NCBI GenBank assembly: GCA_016748015.1
Contig: JAAOMT010000436.1
Location: 2,253,037-2,317,036 of the forward strand
Direction of reading: 5' to 3'
Source of the DNA: Geosiphon pyriformis uo1
Taxonomy: Eukaryota > Fungi > Glomeromycota
DNA length: 64,000 nt
The notes beneath the pieces were generated by a model. The model ran no database searches and was not told the DNA's origin. It worked only from the letters and a program-made list of their open reading frames with translations. Position numbers and translations under genes: made by a program. Below, piece by piece: positions 50,426 to 63,635 of the stretch. The first letter of the stretch is position 1. Every line of letters begins with the position of its first letter.

Positions 50426-51469
50426 GCAGATTTTTTCTTCGTTTTCACTGTACCATTTTAGCTCTAGTTCTTTGAATAGATCAGGATATGCGAAATACTG
50501 TTCTGTTTCAGTATCCTCAGTTGGATCTTGAAATGACATGTTCTCAGTGATCAATACCTCTTTTTCAGGCTCAGATAGTTCAGTGATTGGAAACAGTATT
50601 CTTGGAGGCAGATTAAACATGAGATCACATTCATCACAGTACTGGAAGTGACAGAGGATCAAACAGTGATCACACAGTTTGGTATTCAAATCAGCCAACC
50701 TTTGCTTCTGTTTTTCATAAGTTGGAGCCAATTTCTGATATCAGTTCTGAAATGTGTCTGGGTCATCTGTGAAAAAATCATCCTCGGGGTAGTCGGGTCC
50801 ATTATATTTGGGCGTCCAAGAGTTGTTTTTGATTTCTCGTATTTCTTCAGACATAGCACCTTTGGCCTTGGTGCTTGCCATTCTCCAGATTTTATGATTA
50901 TCATGTAGATAACTGTCCAGTCTGTTGAGTGCTTGTTTCCAAGTATCCTTGATGAGGGTTCCCTTTTGTACCCAATCATTGATTAATATGGTGTATTGAC
51001 AAATCTTGTTGCATGTTTCTCTTCTGCCAGACATATTATTCCAAAGTTCTTTATCTGGCAGGATTTTGCCACATGTGAGGCATGGCGTCCCACTTGCCTT
51101 ATCGTTTTGGTCATCCAAATCTTTTCAGTAAACAAGGTCTGCAATAGTATTTGGTGGCAGTGGGCCATTCTTCATTGTTCCCAATACATGCGCCTATAGT
51201 GGATAGTTTTTTTCCACAATCAACACATATTAGTTTTGGGGGTTGGTAAAATAAGTTTTTTTAGTCCGAGGTTATGTATCCTAGTGATGACAATTGGGGT
51301 TCTTCTTCAGCTCTGCCTTTTTTTTTTCTTTCCAGGTTGGTGGTGGGGGTAGTTCAGTTTGATAATCATCCACCCATGAAACCTGATAGGTCTCGATGGT
51401 TGGTAGCATTGATGTGTCTTCAAATTCAATAAGGGGTTCCTCAGTACATTGGGTTTTAAAGTGTCTACA

Positions 51470-51835
51470 CGTAGTTGAGACTTGAGAATGCTGTCTGTTG
51501 AATGTGAGTTGAAGTTTTTGGGTGTTCCAGTTGAGAGTAGCATTGGCTTTTGACAATCAATTGTTTTCTACTAGAGCTTGATATTAAGTAGCTTCTATGA
51601 TGAGTACTTTGGTAGGGATTTGGATTCTATTAATCTTGAAGGGGAAGTTGTCAATTTCTCCTATTGGGGTTTTTGTGTTTCCATCTGCTGTAATAATCCA
51701 AGCAGTAGCAGCACAGTCTACTTGGCAACCTAGTTGATTTATGAGCTGCTTCGTGATTATGCTACCAGCTGATCTGCTATTCAGGATTAATTTAATGTTT
51801 ATTTCTCTGACTCTGGCATCAGTGTATAGGGCCAT
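51470..51835 (-). pseudogene. B1 aspartic protease (active site decayed to LNSR)
   Basis: IKLILNSRSAGSII...IITADG.TKTPIGEI. Confidence 0.85.
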
Positions 51836-51899
51836 TATTGGTTTATTCTGATTAATGACTGCTCCACTAAAAAGGCTATGGGTGTTTAAATTATTGATG

Positions 51900-53992
51900 T
51901 CAAAAGAAAATATGGTGGCTAGGATGGTGCCTTCAGTAATAGTGGCTGGTAAGATATTGCTTTTTGTTTGCTTGGAAGGTTAGGAGATTCGTTCTATATC
52001 CTCTCCTTTCACAGGTGTAGATTTATCAAAACCTTGGTCTTCTATAAGACCGAGATAGGAAGCTTGATTTGGGTATCCAGTTGGTGTTGATTGAAATTGG
52101 GCAGGACTGCAAGAGATTGGTCGAGACAGTCCACTGTTGGTTTGCACCTAATTGTTGTTGGGATTCCTTCATCCTTGATTATAGTTTATAGCTCGAGATC
52201 TGGATGGGCTGTAAGGGGAAGTTTGATAGTGAGAGATTGTTTGTGTCATTGGTGGTAGTTGATAATAATTCTGGGGCAGTGGTTGAGTGTACAGAACTTG
52301 TTGTGCATATAGGGGTGGTTGATTCTGAAGTATAGAATATTGGGGTACCATGTTTTGCTGATATCTGGATTGCTGGTATGGGTTTCTTTGATTTTGGTTC
52401 ATGATCTTTTTTTTGCAGTCATGAGCGATGTGTTCAGATTTCTGGTAGTAGTAATAGTTGTGGGGATCGGATCTCCAAGATTGTTGCTGTTGCTAACAGT
52501 TCTGTTGCTGTGGATATCTGCTGTTGTTGTTATTTTCTCTCTGTTGGGGTGGTTGGTAAGTTCCTGTAGTTCTGGCTAAGAATTCCTCAATTTTCTGAGT
52601 TAGTTTTTCACTCAATTGGGTTATTTTTGCATTGATGTCAGAGGTTCCATTAATGGCTAAATTAACAGCTTGGGTATAGTTCACTTCTTGTTCTGCAAAC
52701 TCAAAATCACAAGCAAAAGTGACGGCGTCTTGTAAACTGGTCAGATGGCAGGGTCTTACAGATCTTAGAATACTACTCCACAATCTTTTAATGAATTGAT
52801 TAAGAACTTGTACCGCAGTGTAGTAGTCCCTTTCGATAACTAATATTTGACGCAGAATTTGATTGAATCGTCCGAGATAAGTAGTTACTGCTTCATGATC
52901 TTTTTATTTAATTATGCTGAATTGATTCTGCAATTGGATTAACATATTGGGGTCACAGAAGTATTGCAGAAATGCGAGTTTAAACTCAGTGAAGAAGGTA
53001 GGCTTCTCTGCCAGACTCTGGTATCACGAATTGGTGGTTCTGGTCAGAAAAAATGGCAGTGCCTAAATTGTGTGGTTATTGTTTCAACAGTTGGCAGTAA
53101 TTGCTTTCTCAGTGTTCACGATCCAAGAATATGTGTTATCTTTTTCACCAGAGAATTTTTCCAATTTAGCAATATCCTGGTAAGTCATGATCCAGTTAAT
53201 GGGTGGAGTATTACTGATTATGTTTAAAGGGATTGGTGTCTGCGTATTCGAGTGTTCTCCAGGTGCTAATGCTGGTTGCTTTTCTTTGTCACTTGAACCA
53301 ATAGGTTGTAAGATAGCTGTTTCTTCTATCAGGGGAGATGCTGATTCTGCTAAGTTTTGTGCTGGTGGCTGTTCCCAAGTTGATGGGTTTCCTTCTGTTT
53401 GACCGGCCACTGGAGTAAGATTTCCAAACAGCAATCTGTATTCTCCTAGTGATTTGGTCCAACTGTGTTGATTCCAAGGGTGTGGATTTTTAGAAGTTTG
53501 TGGTGTTTCCAACTGGGTTTCCGGGGGTGGGTTGAATACAATTCTACTTTGGGGTGTCTGATGGTATAATGGAGTTGTTGGAGAGAGAATTCTTGGTTTT
53601 TTGTTGACCGTGGACTTGGCTTGGGCAGTTATGGGGTTGTTAGATTTGTTTTCGTATTCCTCAGGGTTGGATTTTACTGGTTGTTATACTTGAGAGAATT
53701 GTTGTGCCACGTAATATTTAATGTCTATATCAATTATGCATAGAGTTTCAGTGATTGCTCAGGTAGTCGTGGCTGTTGAGTATCCTAGTAAGCTTTAATG
53801 GATTTGTTCTCTAAGTCTTCCTGTATTAGTTGTGTGGCCTAACAAGCAGTCAATTTTTGCATTGATATAGTTACAAAAATTACTTTCTGTGTAAGTGGTT
53901 TCTGCTAGTATTCCTAGGTCTTTTCGAAAGTATTAAAATAGTGCTTTTCCATATGAGGAGTGGTCCTTTCCTATTGTTCCAATAGTTGCCAC
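51900..53992 (-). pseudogene. gag: B1 gag, in frame with PR, with a long N-terminal extension
   Basis: IAKLEKFSGE capsid-like start; decayed CCHC near 52415-52450; Gln/Pro-rich tail. Confidence 0.82.
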
Positions 53993-54054
53993 TTTTATGT
54001 ATTTTTGGGGGTGCTCTGTTTCTGTGGATTTATAACCTTACAGGAAGCACCAAA

Positions 54055-55136
54055 TGTTACGGGTAAACTTGGTGGATATGGGAAATGATAATGTTTGGTG
54101 CTCTCAATTATTGATAACACATCTTCCACGTAATTCTGTTGGCTTAGCTTTGATTATCAGTCTCTGAAGATCTATTTTTGGATGTGAATTTACCCATTGA
54201 GTTCTTTGGTTATAAGGCACAGAGTTTGTCTTTCGTTGATTGCAACGTTTTTTGTAAATGTGAGCTCTCTTCTCTGAGCTAATAAGCACAGTTGTTAGGG
54301 TCTGGCATTGTCTTTTTGCCCTTCTAATAAGCTAACAAGATAAAGTTAATATCCAAAACTTAGAGGAAGCTTCCCTCTTTTATCAGACTATCACAAAGTC
54401 TATTCTCAGACAGTCAATTTTACTATGTTGCTGCTCCACAAAAATAAGACAGAAAAAGAAAAAAAAAGAAAAAGAAAAAAAAAGAAAAGAGAGAAAAGAT
54501 AAATTAGTATTGTCAATTGCTGTGATCAAGAGCAATTGGTCCAAATTGTTAATAGGTTCGAGATGGTTATGCTAAAAGCATCTATCCTAGAACAGAGGTA
54601 CAAGACAAGGGTTAATTCACGTAAATTTCACAAAGTTCAAGAACATCAATTCGTGATTCTGATTTCTTTAATAATTGGTTTATTTCAAGAGATGAAAGAG
54701 GGAAGATAATAAAAGATGAAAGGGTATGGATATTTTAATTCTTGTCTAAAAGTTTGTATCTATCTGTCTGTCTTTTCTCACTTTTACAACTACTTGTTTT
54801 TATACATTCTTTTGGTTTTACAGGATTGCTTTCAATTGTTTCGCTATCGCTAGCTATTGCTTTGTTGTTTTTGTTATTGCTTTGTTTTTCTACGTTATCG
54901 CTAGTTATCCTATATTATAACACGTTATCTGACATTATTACATATTATTCTGTGTTATCCTGCATTATAACACATTATCCTATATTATTGCATGCTATTT
55001 TGTGTTATCCTGTATTATAACACGTTATCCTATGTTATAATGTATTATTCAACATTATTGCACATTATTCTGTGTTATGTCACGTTTTGGTTACATTTCT
55101 TCATAACTTTGGATCGGTTTTTCTACTCGGATAACA
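54055..55136 (-). repeat. B1 5' LTR
   Basis: TGTTA...TAACA, then TT + TGGTGCTTCCTGTAAGG. Confidence 0.95.
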
Positions 55137-55178
55137 ATGTCTACTATGTCTTTATATACTTTTTTTTATTGTTCAATT

Positions 55179-56555
55179 TTACGTGTTTGGTTCAATGATT
55201 ATGATTGGTTCCAGATTTCATGGAATCTCATCTGATTGGACTAATATTCTCTGTACTCCTAATTGTAGAATATTACTGGTAGATAGTAATACTATATGGT
55301 AATATGGTTTCAGTCAATCACTATATGCTGCTTTGACTAAGATTTTGTTGTTCTATCTTAATTTATAAGCTTCATTTCCAAGAATTTCTTTTATGTGAAA
55401 TGGTTTGTCTTATTTGGAGTCAAATTTTCTACTTTATTGTTTTTTTATTTTGGTATGATGTAAAAGTACTTTGTCTCCAATCTTGAATTTAATTGGTTTA
55501 TTTGGTAGTTGGTTGTCATGTCTTTCTTTTTGTTTTTTTTGTGACTTTTGGATGTTATCAGCTGCTTTTTGTCATTTGTTTTCTAGTGTTTCCATCAAGT
55601 TATATGTTCTTTTTAGCAATATTTCCTAAAAATTGTCTTCAGTTATTGGTTCTGTTAGATAAGTGTTGACTTCTATCTCAACTGGTAATGTTGCTGTTCT
55701 ATTGTATACTAATTTAAATGGTGTTACTTGTGTAGTGTTTTGCTTCATTGTCCAATAAGCAAATAATACTAATGGTATAAACAAGTCTTATTTGTCTTGG
55801 TTTTTTTAACTGATCTTGGTAATTGCTTTACACAATGTTCTGTTAAATCTTTTAACTAACCCATTTGTTTGTGGATGATATGGTAATGATAATGGTCTTT
55901 TTATCCCAAATCTTTGACTTAATTCTGCCAATGTTCTATTCACAAAGTGAATTCTTTGATCTGATAGTAGTTCTTTTAGACATCTTTGTTGACATATCAA
56001 ATTTTGATAAATGAATTCAGTAATGGATTCTGTGTCTGTTCTTTGAATGGCTTTTGTTTTTGGCCATTTAGTGAGATAGTCCATGACTACTGCAATATAT
56101 CTGTTGCCTCTATTGGTGATTGTTAATGATCTGATTAAGTCAATTCCAATGTGATCAAATGGTTGTTCTACTTTAATTGGTTTCAATGGTTCTCTGGCTC
56201 TTGTTCTTCCTTTTTTCTGACAAACATTACAATTTTGAACATATTGGATGATGTCTGGATACATTAATGGCCAATAATATCTTTTTCTGGTTCTTTCTAT
56301 GGTTGTTTCTTTATGGAAATATCCTGCTGTTGGATCTAAGTACATGTTGAATAATATTGTTTCTTTCTCTGGTTCTGTAATTACTTTAGTTGGTTGATTT
56401 GGATTTTTTCTGTTCTTCCAGTAAAGTATATTTTGATGGTTGATAAAATATTTTGATTGTTGTTTTATGTTTTTTTGTTCTTTTTAAGATAATTTTTCCT
56501 TGAACAATTGGGTATTTATATAATATTATAGTTGTTGGTATTTTTGTATATTCAT
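55179..56555 (-). pseudogene. C1 integrase
   Basis: CNVC, GIDLI, LSDQ, HPQTNGLV. Confidence 0.88.
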
Positions 56556-56591
56556 CTTTTGTTATATTTTTGGGTTAAAATGTTTTTAGAT

Positions 56592-57960
56592 TTATTTCAT
56601 TGATGACAGACCATTAGCATTTCCATTTTTTTTCTCTTTTTGTAATATACTGTATAATTAAATGGTGAAAGTTCTATTTTTCATCTAACATAGTAGTTGT
56701 CTCCAAATTTCTGTTTCTGAATTGAAGTCAATCCTTTGTGATCAGTGTACACATCAAACTTTTGACTTAAGTATTCTTTCCACTTGATAACAGCCCAATA
56801 GATAGCTAAGTGTTCTAGTGCTGAAGTTCTATAGTTCTTTTCAGCTGAACTTAAGCTTCTACTGGCATAAACTACTAAATGCTCTCTTCCATCCAGTCTT
56901 CTCTGTGATAGTACTGCTTCCAATGCTTAACCTAATGCATCAGTTGTTATTATGAATGGCTTGCTATGATCTGGATAGATCAGTATTGAGGCTTAAACAA
57001 ACTTTCTTCTCAATATGTTAAAAGCTTTTTGTTGAGTTTTAGTCTATTTGTATTTGGTGTTCTTTGTTTGGAATTGGTATAATAGTTGAGTTATTTTGGA
57101 AAAGTCTTTGATAAAGTGGTGGTAATATCCAGCAAATTCCAAGAATGCTCTCAATTTTGTGAGATTATTTGGTACTGGAAAGTTCTTGACAATCTTAATC
57201 TTGTCTGAATCTGTTTTAATTCTGTCTTTGCTCATCACATGTCCCAAAATCTTGAGTTCTGTTTTTCCAAAGAAGCATTTAGTTGTATTTAGCTTTAATC
57301 CAGCTCTTCTTAGTCTTTCAAACACTTGTTGAAGATAATGTAGATGATCATCAAATGTTTTCGAAAACACATTGGTGTTATCCAAGTATACAACTACTGA
57401 TTTCCATAGTAGTCTAGTATAAACAATTTCTATAAGTCATTGGAATGTTGCTGGAGCATTCATCAAGCCAAATGGCATTACTTCAAATTCAAAATTTCCT
57501 TCTCAAGTTGTGAAAGCTGTTTTCTTCTTGTCTTCTGGTTTCATGGCTACTTGCTAGTAACCACTGTCTAAGTCTAACGTTGAAAACCATTTCTTTTCTC
57601 CAAAAGCATCGAAAAGTTCTTGGATCTTTGAAGTTGGGTAACTGTCTCTTTTTATTACTCCATTCAGTTTCTGGTAATTCACACAAAAGCAGATTTTTCC
57701 ATTTTTTTTACAGACTAGTACTACTAGTGATGACCATAGACTTATTGATGGCTGAATAAACCATTGTTGAGCATCCGATTAATTTCTTGACAAATGATCT
57801 TATGGCTAGCTGATGGTACTCTATATGCTTTTTGTTTAATTGGCATTGTATCTCTAGTCTTGATTTAATGTTGGATGATGTCAGTTCTGTCAAATTTGTT
57901 TTTGTTAGCAAAAATGTTATTGAAGTTGTTAAGTAACATCGTGAGTTGCATCTGTTGAAG
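56592..57960 (-). pseudogene. pol: C1 RT-RNase H
   Basis: MPFGLMNAP, YLDN, YASRSL, TDHKGL. Confidence 0.88.
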
Positions 57961-58416
57961 TGGGTCTAGATTTCTCAAATTCATCTGTTTTAATTGTTCT
58001 GGTTGGAGCAAATAACATTTTTCTTATCCATATATGGTTTGAGATATGATATTCACATATTCACACAGTTGTGAAAAGTCTGAAATGGTGTCTGGAAATT
58101 GATCTTCAATTTCTGTAGTCAGATATCCAATGGTGGTTCTTTCTGGTATCTTGATAATGTCTCCCATATTGTTGTAAATAGGGATTTTGATGTGGCTGTG
58201 GTTTTTGGCTGATATGTGTAGATTGACTAATCCGATCTTTTCTGATTCACAAAGTGTTGCTTCTGCCTCAAAAATTTGAACCTAATCTCTTACTTTTCTC
58301 TTTATGACTATCATATACTGATTATATAGTGAAATAGAAATTGATTAACAAGTGAAGATAATTTTTCTCTTGTCAATAATTTTTTCTTCTGCCATATTAA
58401 CTGGTACATCTATTCT

Positions 58417-58815
58417 ACCTGTGAATCCAAATCCTTATATCTCTCTAGCTGTGATCCCTAATTTTTCTCTGTTTCTTACTGATACTAATTGAGCTACTTT
58501 TACTAGAGGTAGAAATATTACTTGTGCTATCTTTTTATTTGGATCTATAATATATGCCTTTTCTGAGTCATTTTGTAGTATAGCAATGATATTTCCTATA
58601 TATCTTGTGTCAATTATTCCTCCTCTGATGTTGATTCCCTTTTTGGCTAAGCTACTCCTAAATGCTAACTGAACCATTGTTGTTGCTAGAATTTTCAGTG
58701 CTATTTTGAGATCAATACAAGTGTGCGAATGGAATTCCAATTTGATAAAATCTTTTTTCAGATATCTCAGATCAAACCCTGCATCAATATCATGTATGCA
58801 TTCTGGCATAATACC
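58417..58815 (-). pseudogene. C1 dUTPase domain
   Basis: DAGFDL, RSSLAKKG, GGIIDTRYIG, KIAQ, RE.*GFGFTG. Confidence 0.92.
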
Positions 58816-60059
58816 TTTATTATTATTGCTGAACCATTTAAGTTTCTGTTCCTTGGTGAGATTAGAGAGTGTAATGTATGTTTTGGGGTTTGAATCAGAG
58901 TTCAAATCACTATATTTTCTATTGTCATATTGAGCAGAGCTGGAACCATTGTTTTTGTCATTGTCATTGTCAGAGTTTGAATTGGAATTGAAAGTTGATT
59001 CTGATTCTGATGCGCAGCTGCTGATTGGTTTTTTTTCTTCTGAGATTGTATAGATCATGCAGATTGGTGGATTGTAAATGAGATCACACTCATTATAATA
59101 TTGAAAGTCACAGAGAATTAAGCAATGTTAACATAATCAAGTATTCAACTGCTCTAAACACTGCTCTTATTCTTTCTTAGTAGGTGTTAATTGTTGGTAA
59201 TGTTCATGGAATTCTTTCAGATCATCTTTCATGTTACCAAAGACATTGAAGGTGAGAATGTATTCAGGTTTGGGCAGTGAGAGTGGGTTATTTTTAATTT
59301 CTAATAATTTGCTGGTAGTGGTATTTTCTACTTTCACACTCACCATTTTCCAGATTTCATGTTCATTGTGAGGATATTTTTCCAATCATCACAACACTCT
59401 TTTTCAGGCATCATTAATTGGAGTTCTTTTGCAGACCTAGTTATTTATTAGGATAATATATTGGCATGTCTTATTGCACATTCTTTCTTATCTAGAAATG
59501 TCATTTCACATTCCTTTGTTAGACAAAACAGCTCCACATGCAAGACAAGGTTTGTTATCCCATTTTCTCTGTCTTTTTGGGCATCTAAACCATTCTATGA
59601 CACATGAGCGACAATAGAACTTTGTTGCTGTGGAGTATTTCTTGTTATTGTCACAACATGCACTCATTGATGACAATTTCTTGCCGCAATCTACACATAC
59701 TAATTTTGGTTAGTGATAATTAGATAGTAGTGATGAAAAATAGGCATATGGGCTATAAGTAGTGGTTAGTGTTGGACTTTCTTCTTCTTCTTTCCCCTTT
59801 TTCTTATTGTTATCTTCTTTCCACTCCTAAGTTATTAGTTTGTCCTAATTGTCATTGGTTACTTAAACTTGGTTGGCATTCCAGGTAGGTTCTTCTTTTT
59901 TTCTTGTCATCCCAAGAGAGTATTAGTGGTAGCTCATTGTAATCTTTATTGGCCCAGAAGACTTGGTAGGCTTCCCAAGTAAGTTTTTTTTCTTCTTTTT
60001 CGAACTCAATAAGTGGTGCTGTTGGCATGGTGATTAGCTTAAAGTAACCACATGTGGCT

Positions 60060-62741
60060 GGTACACGTATGTGTTAACCATTTTGACTAAGCTAAAGCTC
60101 TTGGGTGTTCCAATTAAGTGTTACATAAGTTTTGGACAGCCAGTTATTGCCAATAAGTGCTTGGTACTGAATGGCTTCTATGACTAATATCTTGATCAGT
60201 ACAATGATGCTGTTGACTTCAATGGGTAGGGCATCTATTTCACCAATTGGAGTCTTGGTGGCTTCATCAGCAGTAATTATCCTTGCACTGGCAGCTCAAT
60301 CAACTTGGTAACTTAATTGGTCTATAAGTTGTTTTGTGATGATGCTGCCAGCTGATCTACTATCTAGAATCAGTTTGATAGAATGACCATTAATTTTGGC
60401 ATCAGTGTATATTGCCATGATGGGTTTTTCCTTGAATGCAACTCCACTGAACAAAGAGGTTTCTGTCGGTTCCTCAATTTCGAAAAAAAATATAGCTGCT
60501 AAGAACTTGTTTTCTATGATGGTGGCTGGTAGTATATTGCTAATAAATAATTTTTGGTTTGTTTCCAAGTTATTAGATGGGGCATCTTCTGGGGTAACCA
60601 GGAGACTTAAATAGTTCTGGAAACTTGGGTTTTGAGTATACCCAGTTCTTGAACTTTACTGTTGTAATTCTAATGGCTGGTTGGATGAACTGAGAATTAG
60701 TTGGTGGACAACCATTGCTGATCTCCAGTTTTGGGTAACTCTTAATCTAGAGTTTTCTGATGTCATTTGAGCTGGGTTTGATGGCAGTGTTTGAACTGTA
60801 AGTGTCTGATAAATTATTTGTAACTGCAATAGTTGATATATTACTGGTGCTGCTGGTTGATAGAATAAAGCTTGATATACTAGTGGTTGATAGATTGATG
60901 GCTGCATTACTAGTAGATAATTCAATTGATATATTTCTGGATTAGATTGATATCTTGGAGTCTAAAACTGGCAATTGGGATTTCAATATTGATTTTCCAA
61001 TTGTTGGTTTTCTATCCTTAACCTGCAGTCAATCTTTAAAGGTCCTTGTTTACTACAGTAGTGGCAAACACACATCTTTTGTTGCCACTGTTGATTGGTG
61101 GAAGATGATGAATGTGACTGATTCTGGAAACGATTCACGTTTTCTTGATTATTGCATTATTGTGGAGGTTGATAAATTGCCTGATTGTTAGCTAAGTATC
61201 CCTCTAATTTCTGATTGATTGAGTTACTGAATTGTTTCAATTTGGAATCCAATTCAGATGATCCATTCATTACTAGATTAATGGCTTGGACATAATTAGC
61301 TTTGAGTTCAGCTGCTTCAAAATCTCTGGCATTTATAATGGTGGCTTGAAGATCTGCTGGATGCATTAGACATATGTGTTGGAGGATACTACTATGCAGA
61401 CCTCTAATAAATTGATTTAGAATTTGTGGCACTGTAAAATAGTCAGCCTGAATTGCCTGAATTTGGTGCAGATTCCTATGAAAGCATCCTAGGTAAGTGG
61501 TGACTGCTTCATTTTCCCTTTGCTTAATAGTGGTGAAGACATTTGCCAATCGATTGATGCTATTATTATTACTAAAATATTCCAAGAATACAACTTTAAA
61601 TTCTTGGAATGTTTGAGGTTTTGCGACTAAGCTTTAATACCATAAGTTGGCAGTATCCTGTAAGAAATAGGAGTGCTCTTGCATCATTCCATCCATTGGC
61701 TGTAATAGTCTTTTCAATATTGTTGAGCCATATTTGGGCGTTATCTTCTTCACCAGTAAATTTCTTAAGTTTTGCTATTGAAGCATAGGCCATTGGATCT
61801 AAGTTTAGTTGTTGAAGTTGTTGTTGCAATTGTTGAAGCAGCTATTGTGGTTGTTGGGGTGGTTGATCAGTAACAATTACTGGAGGTAAGTGTTATTGAT
61901 TATTAATGTCGGGGTTTCAATCATTCCAATTTTGCTGAGTTTGAAAATTTGGAGTTTTGACTTCTGGATTTTCTAAATTTGGATCTTGCTAAGTCTAAAA
62001 GTTTGGGATTTTAATGTTTGGGTTTTCCAGAATTGGGTTTTGGTAAGTAAATTCTTGATTTTTGGCTTCTTTTTTTTCTTCCTTTTCTGATTCTGTTATC
62101 TCCCAAGGACTCACATTTCTGAAATCTGGTTGAGGTGGCAGTAATCGGAATTCTAATAGCATTAGCAATCGTGATTTAAATCCTTCAAAATAATCACCAT
62201 AGGTTCCTAGTAATTCTGTTTTCTTTTGTTTACTTTGAAATGGAAGTCATCCAAATATTGATGTTATGTATGATGTGGACACGCCTGTTGATGAGATGTT
62301 AATAGTGCTTCTAGATATATAGTAGTATAATGGGTTTGTTGGTGATTCAACTCTGGTTTTTTTCCAAGTGGGTGGTTGTATTTGTTTTGGTGTTACTGCT
62401 GGTGTTTACAATCTTCTTTTGTCTTTGTCTGTGTAGATGATAAGGAATTGTTGTTGTGTATATCTTTCAATAGTTTGATTAATTTTCCTAATAATTGATA
62501 CAAAACTGTAGTTTCTTGGTAAGCTGGTATGTTGAAATAATTCTGTATAGAAGTTTTTTCTTTCAAATTTAATGTCAACTGTTTCTCCTAAGAAGTCTGT
62601 AATTTTATTGTTAACATAAAAGTTAAAGACTGATTCTGCTGGAAAATGGTTATTGTTTAATCCTAATTGTTGGCTGTACTGTTGAAACAAGGATTTGGCA
62701 AATCCTAAATGGTTTGCTTCTATGATTTCTGATTCTGCCAC
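60060..62741 (-). pseudogene. gag: C1 gag-protease
   Basis: MAYASIAKLKKFTGEE; KQRENEAVTTYLG; LILDSRSAGS. Confidence 0.85.
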
Positions 62742-62803
62742 TTTTAGATAATTGTTGTTGATGCTGGTTCTCTGTAAGATTATACCTCACAAAAAGCACC
62801 AAA

Positions 62804-63635
62804 TGTTACAGATGATTATTTGGGGTCTCAAAGCAAATAACAAATCTATAACTTGGTGCTTGGTTGGTATTCTGGTATTGATATCTGAAAGTTTTGTTGA
62901 TCTGAAGGTTTTATTGTGGAGTTCTTTGTATAATGGACAAAGATTTAATAGTTGTTTTCAGTAGTCTCCCAGAATTGCAATTTCATCAAATTTTTTTCTC
63001 AGTGTGGTGGCCAGTAATTCTTCTAATAAGCTATTTTTAAATCTATAAGTGTTTTATCTTTGTTTTATGAGTCTTTTACCAGTTTTTATGATGTCTGTAA
63101 CTCAGTACTTTAATCCTTAATTAATTTAGTAAATAACAAAAAAAAATAAAAGAAAATAAAGAAATAAACAAAAACAATTACAAGTTAGTATCCTGTCAAT
63201 AGCCATGATCAAAAACTATTGTTCCAATGTGGTTAAGTATTAATTACTATCAACACTTCATGTTGATAGTAGAGAGTAGATTGAGATAGTGAATAATTAT
63301 TTATTGATAGTTGTGAATAAAATGTTTGTTTAGATCAGATCTAAACTGGAAGGTCTCTAACTAAAGAATTCTGTCTTTTCTATCTTTAACACTACTGCTA
63401 TATATACATAATTAAGATTTCTTAATTCCTCAATTCTTTACACCAGGAATCCTGGAATTTCTCTTAAGAGGAATCCTGGGATTCTGGAATTCTGCAATTC
63501 CTTGTACAAAAATCCTGAAATTCCTGGAATCTTGCAATTTCTCTTGAAAGAAATTCTAGAATTTTACATTTACTACAGCTACTTCTGATTGGCTAATTTA
63601 TATGCTAATATACTCCCTATGTTTTATGAGTAATA
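62804..63635 (-). repeat. C1 5' LTR
   Basis: TGTTACAG start; PBS TGGTGCTTTTTGTGAGG adjacent. Confidence 0.93.

Larger units (their letters stand above)
44920..55136 (-). mobile_element. Family B copy B1, full-length, TSD ATAT/ATGT, nested in C1
   Basis: LTRs 44920-46001 and 54055-55136; PBS 54036-54052; PPT AAAAGAGAGGGATAA 46002-46016. Confidence 0.95.
43473..63635 (-). mobile_element. Family C copy C1, full-length, TSD TTAG/TTGG, containing nested B1
   Basis: LTRs 43473-44277 and 62804-63635; PBS 62785-62801; PPT 44278-44292. Confidence 0.93.
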
